A stretch of 64,000 bases of DNA from Octopus vulgaris (GCA_951406725.2 OX597822.1:68076001-68140000); one strand, 5' to 3'; positions 13,276 to 28,044 are shown, numbered from the stretch's first letter. Notes: generated by a model not told the origin, from the sequence alone. Made by a program: numbers and translations.

Positions 13276-13793
13276 CGTATACATATATATACGTATACAT
13301 ATATATACATACGTCTATAATAAGATACGGGTTTGAACATTTTCGCTAAGAAATGTTTAACCAAGGAACTTACCAGATCCTATTGATATTAATATTCTTC
13401 AGTCTTAGACAGAATGTCAGGAATCAGCAACTGCAACACTTTGGTTAATTAAACGCAAGAGAGGATTATGTCATAATCCTGTTTTCACTGTCATCAATTA
13501 GCGTCATCGTTGCCAATCCTGTCCATATTCGTTCGCATGTGTGCTTATACATACCAGTATATTTGAGCATGCGTATGAGTGTGTGTACGTTACGTGTGTA
13601 TCTGTGTTCGCTTGTTTATTTGAATCTATGTGATTATATGTGTATGTGCGCGCGCGTGTGTGTGTGTGTGTTGTTTATGTGTGCGAGCAGGTTTGTACGT
13701 GTACGTGTGTTTATGCTTGTATTCGAGTGTACGTTTGTATATGTGTGTATGCATGCTTTGGAATTTGTGCTTGTATGTTTGAGTGAAAATATG

Positions 13794-15322
<1,529 letters not shown>

Positions 15323-15893
15323 TGCATGTATGTATGTATGTATGTATGTATAGATAGATATATAGATATGAACAACATGCATGTGTATTACTTCGGCGCT
15401 CTGGAAAATGAAAAAATCATTTTTCTTGTTCCTTTCAACAGAAATTTTGTTTTTGAAAGAATAAAGATGGTTACGCAATCTTTGATTTATGTCAGTAGAA
15501 CTTTAAACTATGTAATAATTAGAAATACCCGGTGAAAAACCGATGTTGTGTCAAGTTTAACTCCAGGTTTACGAGGTACAAAGAAATTTAAGTCTACCAC
15601 CAGAGAAATATAGTTGATCTGGCGATTGGATTGAGATCAATAAAATAAGTACCTGAAAAAAAGGTACTAGGGTTGATGTCATTGATGTTATTCAAAGTGA
15701 AGTACCATTCCTTCATAACCAAAGTCCTGTGACTGGATCTGATGGAAAAGTAGGTATTCTTTAATGCGTATAAATAAATACTTGCATACAGAGAATGCCA
15801 AAGAATTAGATAAGTATAGAACGTAATTTTGTTTGATAGAAACATTGATAGACAGAGAGAGAGAGAGACTCATTTACACATTCATAGACAGAC

Positions 15894-15970
<77 letters not shown>

Positions 15971-16011
15971 CGGAGACGGATAGATAGCAGATGGATAGAT
16001 AGACAAATAGG

Positions 16012-16043
<32 letters not shown>

Positions 16044-16299
16044 TAGATAGATAAATTGATTGAGTGAGTGACTGAGCAAATGAGTGAGCGAGTGACAGAT
16101 ATATGATTTGATTGATTGACTGATAGAGAGATTGTTTCTTTGACTAATATATAGATACAGATGTAGATAGGCCGATTGATTGATAGATTGGAAACAGTTC
16201 ACATACGCATATACATACATTATATGTCAGTGTGAGTGTGTGTGTGCGTGAGTGTATGAGTGTATGCACTGTATGTGTGAGTATGTGTATGTATACATG

Positions 16300-16338
16300 T
16301 ATGCATATGTGTATATATGCATTTGTATATGTCTGTGT

Positions 16339-16406
<68 letters not shown>

Positions 16407-16466
16407 GTATGTATAAACATAATTTTATGTGTATATATGCATTTGTATTTGTCTGTATAAACACAA

Positions 16467-16517
<51 letters not shown>

Positions 16518-16640
16518 TATGTATAAACATAATTTTATATGTGTATATATGCATGTGTATATGTCTGTATAAACACACACACACACACATATATATACAC
16601 ACACATATGTATGTATAAACATAATTTTATACACACACAC
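16300..16640. repeat. Tandem duplication of a ~110-120 bp microsatellite-containing unit (about 3 copies)
   Basis: GTATAAACATAATTTTAT and GTCTGTATAAACAC recur in register. Confidence 0.85.
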
Positions 16641-16739
16641 ACACAAACACATACACACCGATACATAAAATCACATACCACGCTCCGATAGGAAATCATT
16701 CACTAATGTAAGCTCTTGCTTAACTTTCATTTTCCCTTA

Positions 16740-16790
<51 letters not shown>

Positions 16791-17148
16791 ACTTCTCTCT
16801 CCTACTTTCCTCTCTCCCTCTCTCACCTCCATTTCCCTATGCGTGCTTTTATGACTGCGTGTCTATATACATATGTGTACACGTATATTCTTGTGTATGC
16901 CTCTGTGTGCCTGCGTGACTATGTCGCCCATAAAACTGCCCTCTTCTATTTGATTAAATCTTCCTATGTGACAACTTTATTCAATAAGTTTTCACCTAAA
17001 GTTGATAGCATTTTTACATCAACAAAAATAAAATAACTGATATAACATTGAACACGGAACACAATCAATACTTATCTATTTTAAAACTTATAAAAAATAA
17101 ATAATAAAAATCTAAAATAGATTGTTCCTTGTATTATTGCTATTATTA

Positions 17149-17197
<49 letters not shown>

Positions 17198-17787
17198 GTT
17201 ATTTTTTTTATCTCATAATCTTGTTTGTTATTTTCATTATTGCTGCCTTCGCTGTTGCTGTTATTGTTGTTGTTGTCACTGATGTCGCAATTATAGTACT
17301 TTTTTCCTTATTATTTTCTTGTATTTTTTATTTATTTATTTTCTTTTTTTTTCTTGATTTCTTCGTTAAATTTTTTTTTCTGAAGCCGAATTACGTTATA
17401 TAATTCAAGTCCGACATTTTGGGGTTTTTTTCTTCCTTTTTTTACTTTCACTTTCACTGTTGACACAGCCTATGGTTGTTTGTTCTTGTTGCTGTTGCTA
17501 TTAATGTTGTTGTTGTTGATATTGTTGGTAGTGGTCGTGGTCATACTGTCGACATTGTTGTTGTTATTGTTGTGTTATTTTTTTTTTCCTCGTTGTAGCT
17601 AATGCTATTTGATGCGGTTGAATTTTTGTTTTCTGTTCAACTTTCTTTTTTTTTTTTCAAATTTTCCGTCACTCACTTTATTATTACTGTTGTTGTTGTT
17701 GTTCTTCTTCTTTATCATGTTGATCTTGCAGTTATTGTCGTTGATGTTGCTATGGCTTTTCTTTTTAATTTTCTGTAGTTGTTATTT

Positions 17788-17820
<33 letters not shown>

Positions 17821-18441
17821 TGAGGATGACGATGATGATGATGATGATGATGACAACGACGACGACGACGACGACGATGATGATGATGATGATGATGATG
17901 AGGGGTGTGGAGTGGCGCTGGTTATCATCATCATCATTATTGTAGATAATGCTGTTACAGTTTCTGCTACGCTTTTCTATTTTATTTTTCGTTAAATTTC
18001 CTCTTACTTGTTGCTTGTATATATCTGGTTGTGTGTGTGTGTGTGTTTGTGCGTGTGTGTGTCTCTGTGTCTGTGTGTGTACGTGTGTGTGTGTAATTAT
18101 GTAGGCATGAGACTTCGTCTGTGCGTATGCCTGACTAAATATTATATTTGCTGTCGCTGTTTTTTTGGGGGTTTTTTTTGGTATTGATAGTGTTGCTGCA
18201 TCTGATAAAAAGGAGGAGGAGGAGAAGGAAGAGATGGAGGAGAAGGAGGAGAAGGAGGGGAAGTAAGATATTGATGATGAGTGTGGGAGCGATGGTCGTG
18301 ATGATAATTGTGATGAGGATGATAATGAGGTGAATGCTGTGATAAAGGTGAGAGCCGTATTATCACTAATGCCACTGTTAGCAGGAATTGGTTTACCTAA
18401 TTCAGTTTCAAGTGTTGCATTTATAGTTATCAGAACATATA

Positions 18442-18477
<36 letters not shown>

Positions 18478-18764
18478 TGTATGTATGTATGTATGTATGT
18501 ATGTATGTATGTATGTATACATTCACACATACTAGCATATACATATATGTATATATATATACATATATATATATATTGATGTGTGTATATATATGTATGT
18601 ACATACATACTTATATATGCGAATATATATATGCTATATTATATACATATGAATATCATGTATATATGTATTCATGTATGCAAATATATATATATATCCT
18701 GCTATATATACATATGTACGCATGCATACATGCATGTATGTATGATGTATGTGTGTGTATGTAT

Positions 18765-19080
18765 GTATGTATGCATGCATGTATGTATATATGTATGTAT
18801 GCATGTATGTATATATGTATGCATGCATGTATGTATATATGTATGCATGCATGTATGTATATATGTATGTATGCATGTATGTATATATGTATGTATGCAT
18901 GTATGTATATACGTATGCATGCATGTATGTATATATGTATGCATGCATGTATGTATATATGTATGCATGCATGTATGTATATATGTATGCATGCATGTAT
19001 GTATATATGTGTGCATGCATGTATGTATATATGTATGTATGGATGTATGTATATATGTATGTATGCATGCATGCATGTAT
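18765..19080. repeat. 20-bp minisatellite (GCATGTATGTATATATGTAT)n
   Basis: About 15 regular units visible. Confidence 0.9.
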
Positions 19081-19744
19081 GAATATATGTATGTATGTAT
19101 GCATGCATGCATGTATGTATGTATGTATGTATGTATGTATGTATGTATGTATGTATGTATGTATGAATAAGTGCGGCGTCAGTCTAAGTATGTTTTGTGT
19201 GTAATCATGATTGCATATATAGGAGTGTACACGTGTGTAAGAGTGTATCTGAGTGTGTATATATATGTGTACGCGAGTATGAAAGCATTTTGCGTACATA
19301 CTAACATACATACACACATACATACATACACACATACATACATACACACATACATACACACACATACACACAAACATACACACACACATACATACATACA
19401 TACATACATACATACATACATACATACATACATACATACATACATACATACAAAACTGTGAGATGCGTAAACGGATGCAAGTTTCCACTCGTATAACCAG
19501 TAATAAACCGAAATGACGGCGGTATCGAATATGAAAATAAGTTCTGGAAAAACGAACGATAAAATATCAGGTGTGAGTTTATTTCGCAATAATCTATATA
19601 TATATAAATATATTACATATTCATGGACATCTAACACATGTTGATAATGATACTGATATATACATATATACATATTTTCTCAGCAGTGGGAAGATATGAT
19701 ATAATGATCATGAGGTTATTATTAATTATTGAGAATATCATAAC

Positions 19745-19931
19745 CGCATGCGTGGCTGTGTAGTAAAGACGCCTGCTTCCGAATCATCTGAGTTGAGGTT
19801 CAGTCAGACTGTTGAGTGGTCCCCTGGGCAAGTGACTTCTATTATAACCCCGGGCTGATCAAAACCTTGTCAGAGGATTTGGTAGATGGAAACTGAAAGA
19901 AGCCTTTCAGATAGATAGCTAGCTAGCTAGC

Positions 19932-20013
<82 letters not shown>

Positions 20014-20014
20014 T

Positions 20015-20098
<84 letters not shown>

Positions 20099-20108
20099 CT
20101 AGATAGAT

Positions 20109-20175
<67 letters not shown>

Positions 20176-20204
20176 TAGATAGATAGAGATAGATACAGAT
20201 AGAT

Positions 20205-20273
<69 letters not shown>

Positions 20274-20296
20274 ATGGTTATACACACACTAGCATA

Positions 20297-20382
<86 letters not shown>

Positions 20383-20612
20383 TAATCCAAACAAGAAAAC
20401 AGAAAAAAACACAGAAAAAACACAGCAACGCGAGGACGTGGAACAATTAAAGTATTATTTGACGCTCAGGAAAGAAGGGAAGGAGGGTTTAACGTTTCGA
20501 GCGGAGCTCTTCGTCGGAAACAAGGAGAAGGAAAGATCCCGAGAAGGGAAGACAGAGGAAAAGAATATTTTTGCTGGTGGTGCTCAAGAGATCACATGTT
20601 GAAAAAAAAAAG

Positions 20613-20645
<33 letters not shown>

Positions 20646-20830
20646 GTATGTATATATCTATGTGTGTGTCTCAATCATTGTGTAGCATTTGTCCCACGTC
20701 AAAGCTTGACAACCGATGTTGGTTCGTTTAGGTCCCAGTCACTTTGAGGTTCAGCAAAATAGACCGATAGATTAAGTACCAGTGTTACACAAAATAAGTT
20801 TTGGGTCTGATTTGTATTACTAAATCCTTC
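19745..20830 (+). mobile_element. SINE family B split at its central microsatellite by (GATA)n, (TA)n and a hammerhead-bearing insert
   Basis: Head/CORE at 19745-19910 (GTGGCTGTGTAGTAAAG...CTGGGCAAGTG...GGTAGATGGAAACTGAAAGAAGCC). Tail at 20690-20830 (GCTTGACAACCGATGTTGG...AGACCGATAG). Confidence 0.7.
20487..20521 (-). ncRNA. Hammerhead-like motif (U4C core) in a ~230-bp element flanked by (TA)n
   Basis: Minus strand: GTTT-CCGACGA-A-GAGC-TCC-GCTC-GAA-A-CG-T-T-AAAC. Confidence 0.55.
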
Positions 20831-20919
20831 AGAGCCCTAACGACTAAAACAAGATCTGTCTGTTACTGTCGCTCATACTTGTTTGGTTGTTATTATTATT
20901 ATTAGAAACCCTCATCATC

Positions 20920-21725
<806 letters not shown>

Positions 21726-21732
21726 CATTACT

Positions 21733-21797
<65 letters not shown>

Positions 21798-21875
21798 TAA
21801 TAATGATAATGATGATGATGATGGTGATGGTGGTGGTGGTGCTGGTGGTGGTGGTGGTGGTGGTGGTGGTGGTGG

Positions 21876-21912
<37 letters not shown>

Positions 21913-21987
21913 AGGGAATATGATTCCAAACGTACAGGAAAAAATTCAGTTTAGTAAGCCTAAATCACATTTCACAATATATAATAT

Positions 21988-22273
21988 ATGTATATCAATT
22001 AGAGAAGAACCACCATGTAGCAATTCGACAATGATATACTTAAATCATACCATATAGAAAAAAATTAGATACGATAAAACATTTACTTAGAGCTAAATAA
22101 AGTACAAAATAATAAATAAATAGTATAATTATATACTATTTATTTATTATTTTGTACTTTATTTAGTTCTAAGTAAATGTTTTATCGTATCTCTAATTTT
22201 TTTCTATATCGTATTATATAATTATATCATTGTTGAATTGCTACACGGTGGTTCTTCTCTAATTGATATACAT
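21988..22273. repeat. ~285-bp near-perfect palindrome with essentially no spacer
   Basis: ATGTATATCAATTAGAGAAGAACCACC... pairs with ...GGTGGTTCTTCTCTAATTGATATACAT. Centre near 22129. Confidence 0.9.
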
Positions 22274-23579
22274 GTATGTATATATATATGTGTGTGTGTG
22301 TGTGTGCGTGTGCGTGTGTGTGTGTGTATGCATCTATGTATGTATTTATATATACTCACTGGCGCGTGAGTGTATATAAGATCTTGAGAGTAATGCGTGA
22401 AATTGCAAGTAGAGAAGTCATTGGGATGAATTGTACCTATAACTCACACGGTTCGACTTCTCACATGTTCTATGATGTTAATCATGTCTGAAGATGCATC
22501 AATAATGAACGTGTCTATGGAATACTCGACCGCTTTAATTTGACCAAAGTACTGAAAGCGCATATTCGAAACTGATGTAGGTCCAACCACGCGAAATGCG
22601 TGTGTGTGTTTGATTGTGTGAAGTGTGTGTGTGAATATGTATTTGTATGCGTGTGCGTATGTGTGTGTATGCGAGTGTGTGTGTGTGTGTGTGTGTGTGG
22701 TTTATTAATTTTTCCTCTTAGCTATTTTAAATAAACGCTTAGGAAGATAGATTGATAGTCTGGTAGACAGACAGACAGATAGAGTGAGAGAGAGAGGGAG
22801 AAAAGAGAGGAAGACGGAGAGAAAAGGTGAGCGGGAGTGAACGGGTGAGAGAGAAAGGTGTGGAGAGATTCTGTAAGAAGCAATTATACAGAAAGAACGA
22901 AATCATTTTCAACTAGAAATGGGGCATAGAGGGCAAAATCGGATATTTTCATATAGAATAATTGCTGCGATTCATTTTGAAAAAGTTTCATAAGAAAATC
23001 GAAAATCAAATTATTTTCGCCAATAATGCAAGCTAGCTAGTGGCACTACTATGGAAACTAAGCAGTGCCAAGCCAATATTTAGTTCTTTTATTTAATATC
23101 ATGAAGTAAGACAGAAAGGAAAATTCCAAAATGTCTGCCAGGGTATGGATAAATATATTAGAAACTTTCTGTTTAGAACTATTATCAATTCGTACATTAT
23201 CAGGTGAGCGTATCTCGTATTTGATATTTGCTTATGTTTATTTGATATTTGATATTTGGCTAAATTTCTAACAAACTGCCTCGTGGCAATAACACCATAA
23301 CACCTCAGTACTGTCAATGATTTTCATTTTCTTCTTTATCTTTTCCTCCCACCCCGTAAACAGCCATTTTCTGATGGTGCAATTCTTCTTGTAAAATTAC
23401 GTTTGATAGAGATTACAGAAAGAAGAAAGAGAGAAGGAGAGAGAGAAATAGCAAAACACAGCACCAAGAGGACTCTTAATAATGCATGAATTCGTCTCTC
23501 ATATAAACATATGTTTCTCTTCATCATTCCTTGATCATTCTGCGAGCTTCTATGTACTTCTAATATATTGTCTTTTCTC

Positions 23580-23780
23580 TCTACTATAGGATGAAAGCCT
23601 GAAATTTTGAGGGGAAGGAAACTTCGGTGACATCGACCCCAGCATTAAACTGGTACTTATTTTATCGCCACGAAAAGATGAAATGCAAATTCCACCTCGG
23701 CGATATTTTGAGCTCACAACGAAAAGAGCCGGTAGGCGTTTCGCCAGCGCAGCAATGATATCTGTCAGCGCGCCGCCTTT
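23580..23780 (-). mobile_element. SINE family A, diverged
   Basis: ACTGGTACTTATTTTATCG...AAAGATGAAATGCAAA...CGCCGCCTT. Confidence 0.7.
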
Positions 23781-24019
23781 GCAAACTTCTATCTATAATT
23801 ATTTAGTTATCATCTCATTTCGCTCTACATCGAAATCAGTGCATTTCGGTACTAGTTTATTTGATAATACCGTTCTGTATTTTAGAAATGAGGAATGATA
23901 CATTATTCACATTATTTACATTTGACGGATATTTGTCCTCATCTTGTTTGGCATATGGCGTAGCAGTTAAGAGCGCGGGCTATTAAACCGAAGATTCCGA
24001 GTTCAATTCCAGGCAGTAA

Positions 24020-24098
<79 letters not shown>

Positions 24099-24114
24099 AA
24101 GAAGAAGAAGAATG

Positions 24115-24167
<53 letters not shown>

Positions 24168-24218
24168 AACATCGAAAACTACCTTAGGAATGAGAACCCA
24201 GGTTTGAAATTTCCACAA

Positions 24219-24264
24219 GACACCTGATGAAGGCTGGAGGGTATATTAGCCGAAACGTTGTGTT
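24219..24264 (+). ncRNA. Minimal type I hammerhead ribozyme motif (canonical core)
   Basis: GACAC-CTGATGA-A-GGCTG-GAGGGTATAT-TAGCC-GAA-A-CG-T-T-GTGTT. Confidence 0.75.
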
Positions 24265-24471
24265 AACAACAAACAAGATGAGGACAAATATCCGTCAAAT
24301 GTAAACAATGTAAATAATGTACATAATTCCTCATCTCTTAAATATAGAACTGTATTATAAGGAATTATGTACATTATTTACATTGGACGGATAGGCGTCT
24401 TCATCTTGTTTGTTGTTACCACAAGGTTTCGGCTCCAGCCTTCATCAAAGTTGGGTTCGAAATTCTACCAG

Positions 24472-24517
24472 GACACCTGATGAAGGCTGGAAAGTACATC
24501 AGCCGAAACCTTGTGGT
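24472..24517 (+). ncRNA. Second hammerhead motif of family E (stem III palindrome mutated)
   Basis: GACAC-CTGATGA-A-GGCTG-GAAAGTACAT-CAGCC-GAAACCTT-GTGGT. Confidence 0.6.
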
Positions 24518-25456
24518 AACAACAAACAAGGTGAGGACGCTATCCGTCCATTATAAATAATGTATTTTATTTGATGTTCCAGTGCTCTGTTTCTTCGTGC
24601 GTTCGTATTTCGGTTTTGCAATTTTTCCTGTTATAGACAAACCGTGCTCACCTCTCGGCTCAACTCAACATAGGACTAATAAGAAAAACCAAAGGCTATC
24701 TCAAACATCATTTTTGATCGCTGTGCTTCACTTAAGCTCAACCCTACCGCTTTTACCAGAATTCCACCTTACACTTCGTGTCTGAACATTCAAGGGAGTT
24801 TCTCTTTAGGCATCCGACCTCATCAATATAACAAAATCAGGTGTTACTTAGCAACAATTTGTTTCAGTTTCTGTGGAATCACCGAAATATCATGCCTTCC
24901 TACCTTCATATTTCAAGGTAGGAGTAAACACATAAAATTAATTTCCCATTTATATTGTGCATCCAAAGAAAAAGTATATTCAGGGTTCACAATAGATCGT
25001 GAACAAAATCCCTTTAGTAAACAAAGCACTCATCAATTTTGTAGGGCTCCCATTGCTTACCGGCGAATTGTACCCTTCTATTATCATCCAACGAGGAAGA
25101 CCCTATTTGGCCGCTAAATTTGAAGGTTCAGGACCGATGTGTAACCAATAAACAACAATCGAACTGTTCGAAAAATCATATCATTACTCTCCCCTTCTCT
25201 CGTTTTCTTTCTTTTCGTCTCTCTCTCTTTCTCTCTCTCTCTCTCTCCCACACACACACACTCCCTCTTTCTCTTTCACTCTCTCTCTCTCTCTCTCTCT
25301 ATTTCTCTCAGAATATGTATGTATATATGCATTCATATGTATATACATATATATGTATGTGTTTGTGTATGTGGGGGGGTGCGTGTGTGTGTGTATCAGC
25401 ACATACACGTGTTTGTATGTATGCATGTATATATGTAAATATATATGCATACATTT

Positions 25457-25495
<39 letters not shown>

Positions 25496-25528
25496 CATAT
25501 GTATACAAATCTATTCATTATACTCTCC

Positions 25529-25564
<36 letters not shown>

Positions 25565-25870
25565 CCATACATACATACAAACACACATTCAATCTCACAT
25601 GCAAATACCATACACACATACACAGACACACAGAAACACACACACACACACACTCACACACACACAGACATGCAATCGTTGAGCACAGACTGTAAAGCAA
25701 TATTAACTTCCGTATTCGATAACTTTTCTGTTACTGAGATCTTATCTGAGCCTCCGCCTAACCTTCATCTGACCCTTCCCCCGACGTCCCATCTGACCTC
25801 CACCTGACCTCCTGTTGACCTCGTCTGACTTAATCTGAGTTCATCTGACCTTCACAGTAAGTATACTCAC

Positions 25871-25913
25871 GATAATAGCGATATCATTTTTCAGAACGAT
25901 ATTTTAGTCCTCA
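25871..25913 (-). other. Candidate 43-nt host-gene exon containing a possible start codon
   Basis: Minus strand: pyrimidine tract CTTCTGTCCTTTCTCTTCATCTTCATGCAG, then the exon, then GTGAGT. The exon ends ...TGA AAA ATG ATA TCG CTA TTA TC (MISLL). No partner exon identified. Confidence 0.35.
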
Positions 25914-26019
25914 CTGCATGAAGATGAAGAGAAAGGACAGAAGCGATGTGGATTATTTTATGGTATTTTGATTGTATAACGACCTGACTTCATTAGCATT
26001 CAGCTGAAATGTAACCCCT

Positions 26020-26660
26020 ATCAATACCACCACTCCCACCACCACCGCTATTATCACCACTAAAACTACCATCAATACCACCTAATACCACCGACAACAG
26101 TACCAATGACAACAGCAACCACTACTAACACAACCACTTCCATTCCATCACTACTACCATCACTATAGCCACCATTACTATCCGACACCGCCACTAACAC
26201 TACCAACAACTGTACCAATAACAACAGCAACTACCACTACTACCATCCGACACCGCCGCTAACACCACCAACAACAGTACCAATAGCAACAGCAACCACC
26301 ACTACCATTTCCACCACTACTACCATCCGACACCGCCGTTAACACCACCAACAACAGTACCATTAACAACAGTAACCACCACTACCACCATCACCATCAC
26401 CACCACTACTATCGTGACCACCACTACCATTATCACCAGCACTACGACCATCACCACCACTACTACTACCTTCACTACCACTGCCATTGTCACCACCACC
26501 GCCACCAACAACAACAACAGTAATACCAATATCACTACAATGACCACTACCACCACTTCTACTACCAATAACAACAGTACCACAACACCAACATCACTAA
26601 CACCACTACCACCGCCACCAACACCACCAATAATACCAGCACCACCACCACTACTATTGC
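26020..26660. repeat. (CAC/CAA/TAC)-rich low-complexity tract with ~65-85 bp tandem units
   Basis: ATCCGACACCGCC..TAACAC.ACCAACAAC.GTACCA recurs at about 26180, 26245 and 26325. Confidence 0.85.
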
Positions 26661-26946
26661 TGTAACTAGCTATGCTAATTACGTTATGATCCTCACTATC
26701 GCCAACCATCACATCCTTATTTAATCCAATCAGCACCACTACCAGAACTCCTTTGCAATTGTTACCCACCCTAATCCACCGCCAAATTATCAAGCTTCAC
26801 CATCATTAATATTGTTACTGTATCAAACAGCATCACCGCTACCAACAATAACCACAAAACTAACACCAACATTGCAAGCAATACCGATGATGCTAAAATA
26901 GCAACGATACGAAATCCATTAGCAATGCCTCCACTATCACTATCAT

Positions 26947-26978
<32 letters not shown>

Positions 26979-27007
26979 AACTACTTTCTCATTGATTTAA
27001 CATATAA

Positions 27008-27581
27008 GTAACCGGGTAGCGAAATTTTTTTCCCACAAGAGTTCCGGACCTCAGTAATGAACTCATTTGCATACAACCAATCAGAGCTCACCTTGACTTT
27101 GTTGTCAAGTTAAAAAACACACTACCAATTAAACTCAAGACAAAGAACCATGTTGTGAATCGACCGATTGCCAAGTTATGCCAGATTTTAGAAGGAGACA
27201 AGTAATTAGATAGATTTGCATCTATACCTATTATCGAATTTTGTTACGGGCCCCATATGGTAAAGATGTGGATGGGGAAAATGTGGGTAGAGGGTGATGT
27301 GCTGGTAACCCTCTCCCCTTTCTGTTTTAGAAAGTAAACAACAACACAAGTGTCTACGCAGAGGCAGCCATGGTTGAAACAAGAACAAGATCAAGAAGTA
27401 TTATTAAAAGAGAAAAGAAGCATCGTCATTCCTTGCCCAAGTGACCTTGTCTTATCGCCCATCACTTGTTATGTGCTTATAAATTAGTTTGATAGTTGAG
27501 CTCTGTTTGGCTGTATGCAAATGTGTTCATAATTGGGGTCCGGAACTCTCGTGGGAAAAAAAAAATTTTGCAGCCGGGTAT
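27008..27581. mobile_element. MITE-like element with ~85-bp terminal inverted repeats
   Basis: TTCCCACAAGAGTTCCGGACCTCAGTAATGAACTCATTTGCATACAACCAATCAGAGCTCA (left) is inverted as TGAGCTCTGTTTGGCTGTATGCAAATGTGTTCATAATTGGGGTCCGGAACTCTCGTGGGAA (right). Superfamily not assigned. Confidence 0.8.
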
Positions 27582-27829
27582 TCCACTGACACGTAGGTAC
27601 AATCTATCCGACGACACTTCCATAGACTGTCTGTCTGCTCAGTTCTATTCACACGGTTTCCACCAATCTGAGGATAGGGTAAAAAAAAAAAAAAAAGAAT
27701 ACAAGCAAAAGAAAAGCACGTTTCTGAAGTGCCAGAAACCCGGGAAAGTAAAGTTCTTAACCATTCGGTTATGTTTGATTTTGTTCATTGCTTGTATTCG
27801 GTTACATAGAATCGTGGTCTGCTACATTC

Positions 27830-27970
27830 CAAAGAGTGGCAAACTGGCAGAATCGCTACAGTGATGATTAGGATATATTGCGATGTTACTATTACTCTCT
27901 GTATTTTGAGTTCAAACCCGCCCGAGGCCAAAGCTGCTTTTCATTCTCTTGGGGTCAATAAAGTATCAGC
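27830..27970 (+). mobile_element. SINE family A, diverged 5' part
   Basis: GTGGCAAACTGGCAGAATCG...TGAGTTCAAACCCGCCCGAGG...TTTTCATTCTCTTGGGGTCAATAAAGTA. Confidence 0.65.
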
Positions 27971-28009
27971 TTAATACCGTCATTGATTCTCCTCTCTATT
28001 TCTCTCCGC

Positions 28010-28044
<35 letters not shown>

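Larger units (their letters stand above)
23864..24565 (+). mobile_element. Family E: tRNA-like head + (TAA/GAA)n + hammerhead + Penelope-type tail, with inverted tail copies
   Basis: Head at 23952-24010 with A/B boxes; hammerhead at 24219-24264; tail to ~24358. 23864-23950 is an inverted copy of 24270-24358. 24361-24565 is a further fold-back of the tail. Confidence 0.8.

Noticed and set aside
23952-24010. tRNA gene (likewise the A/B-box heads at 8891, 41838, 62877, 63318)
   Set aside because: No convincing cloverleaf or acceptor stem, and each runs into a dispersed repeat body, so these are SINE heads.
24415-24450. Additional minus-strand hammerhead (TTGATGA core)
   Set aside because: U3 faces G8 without compensation, the stem II loop is deleted and stem I is lost. 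It is a decayed inverted copy of family E.
26020-26420. CRISPR-like or mucin-like repeat
   Set aside because: Units are contiguous degenerate trinucleotide repeats with no unique spacers, no cas genes and no splice context.
27061-27090. Host promoter (octamer + CCAAT)
   Set aside because: The motif is part of an inverted repeat mirrored at ~27497-27523 and so belongs to a MITE. Kept only as a mobile motif cassette.
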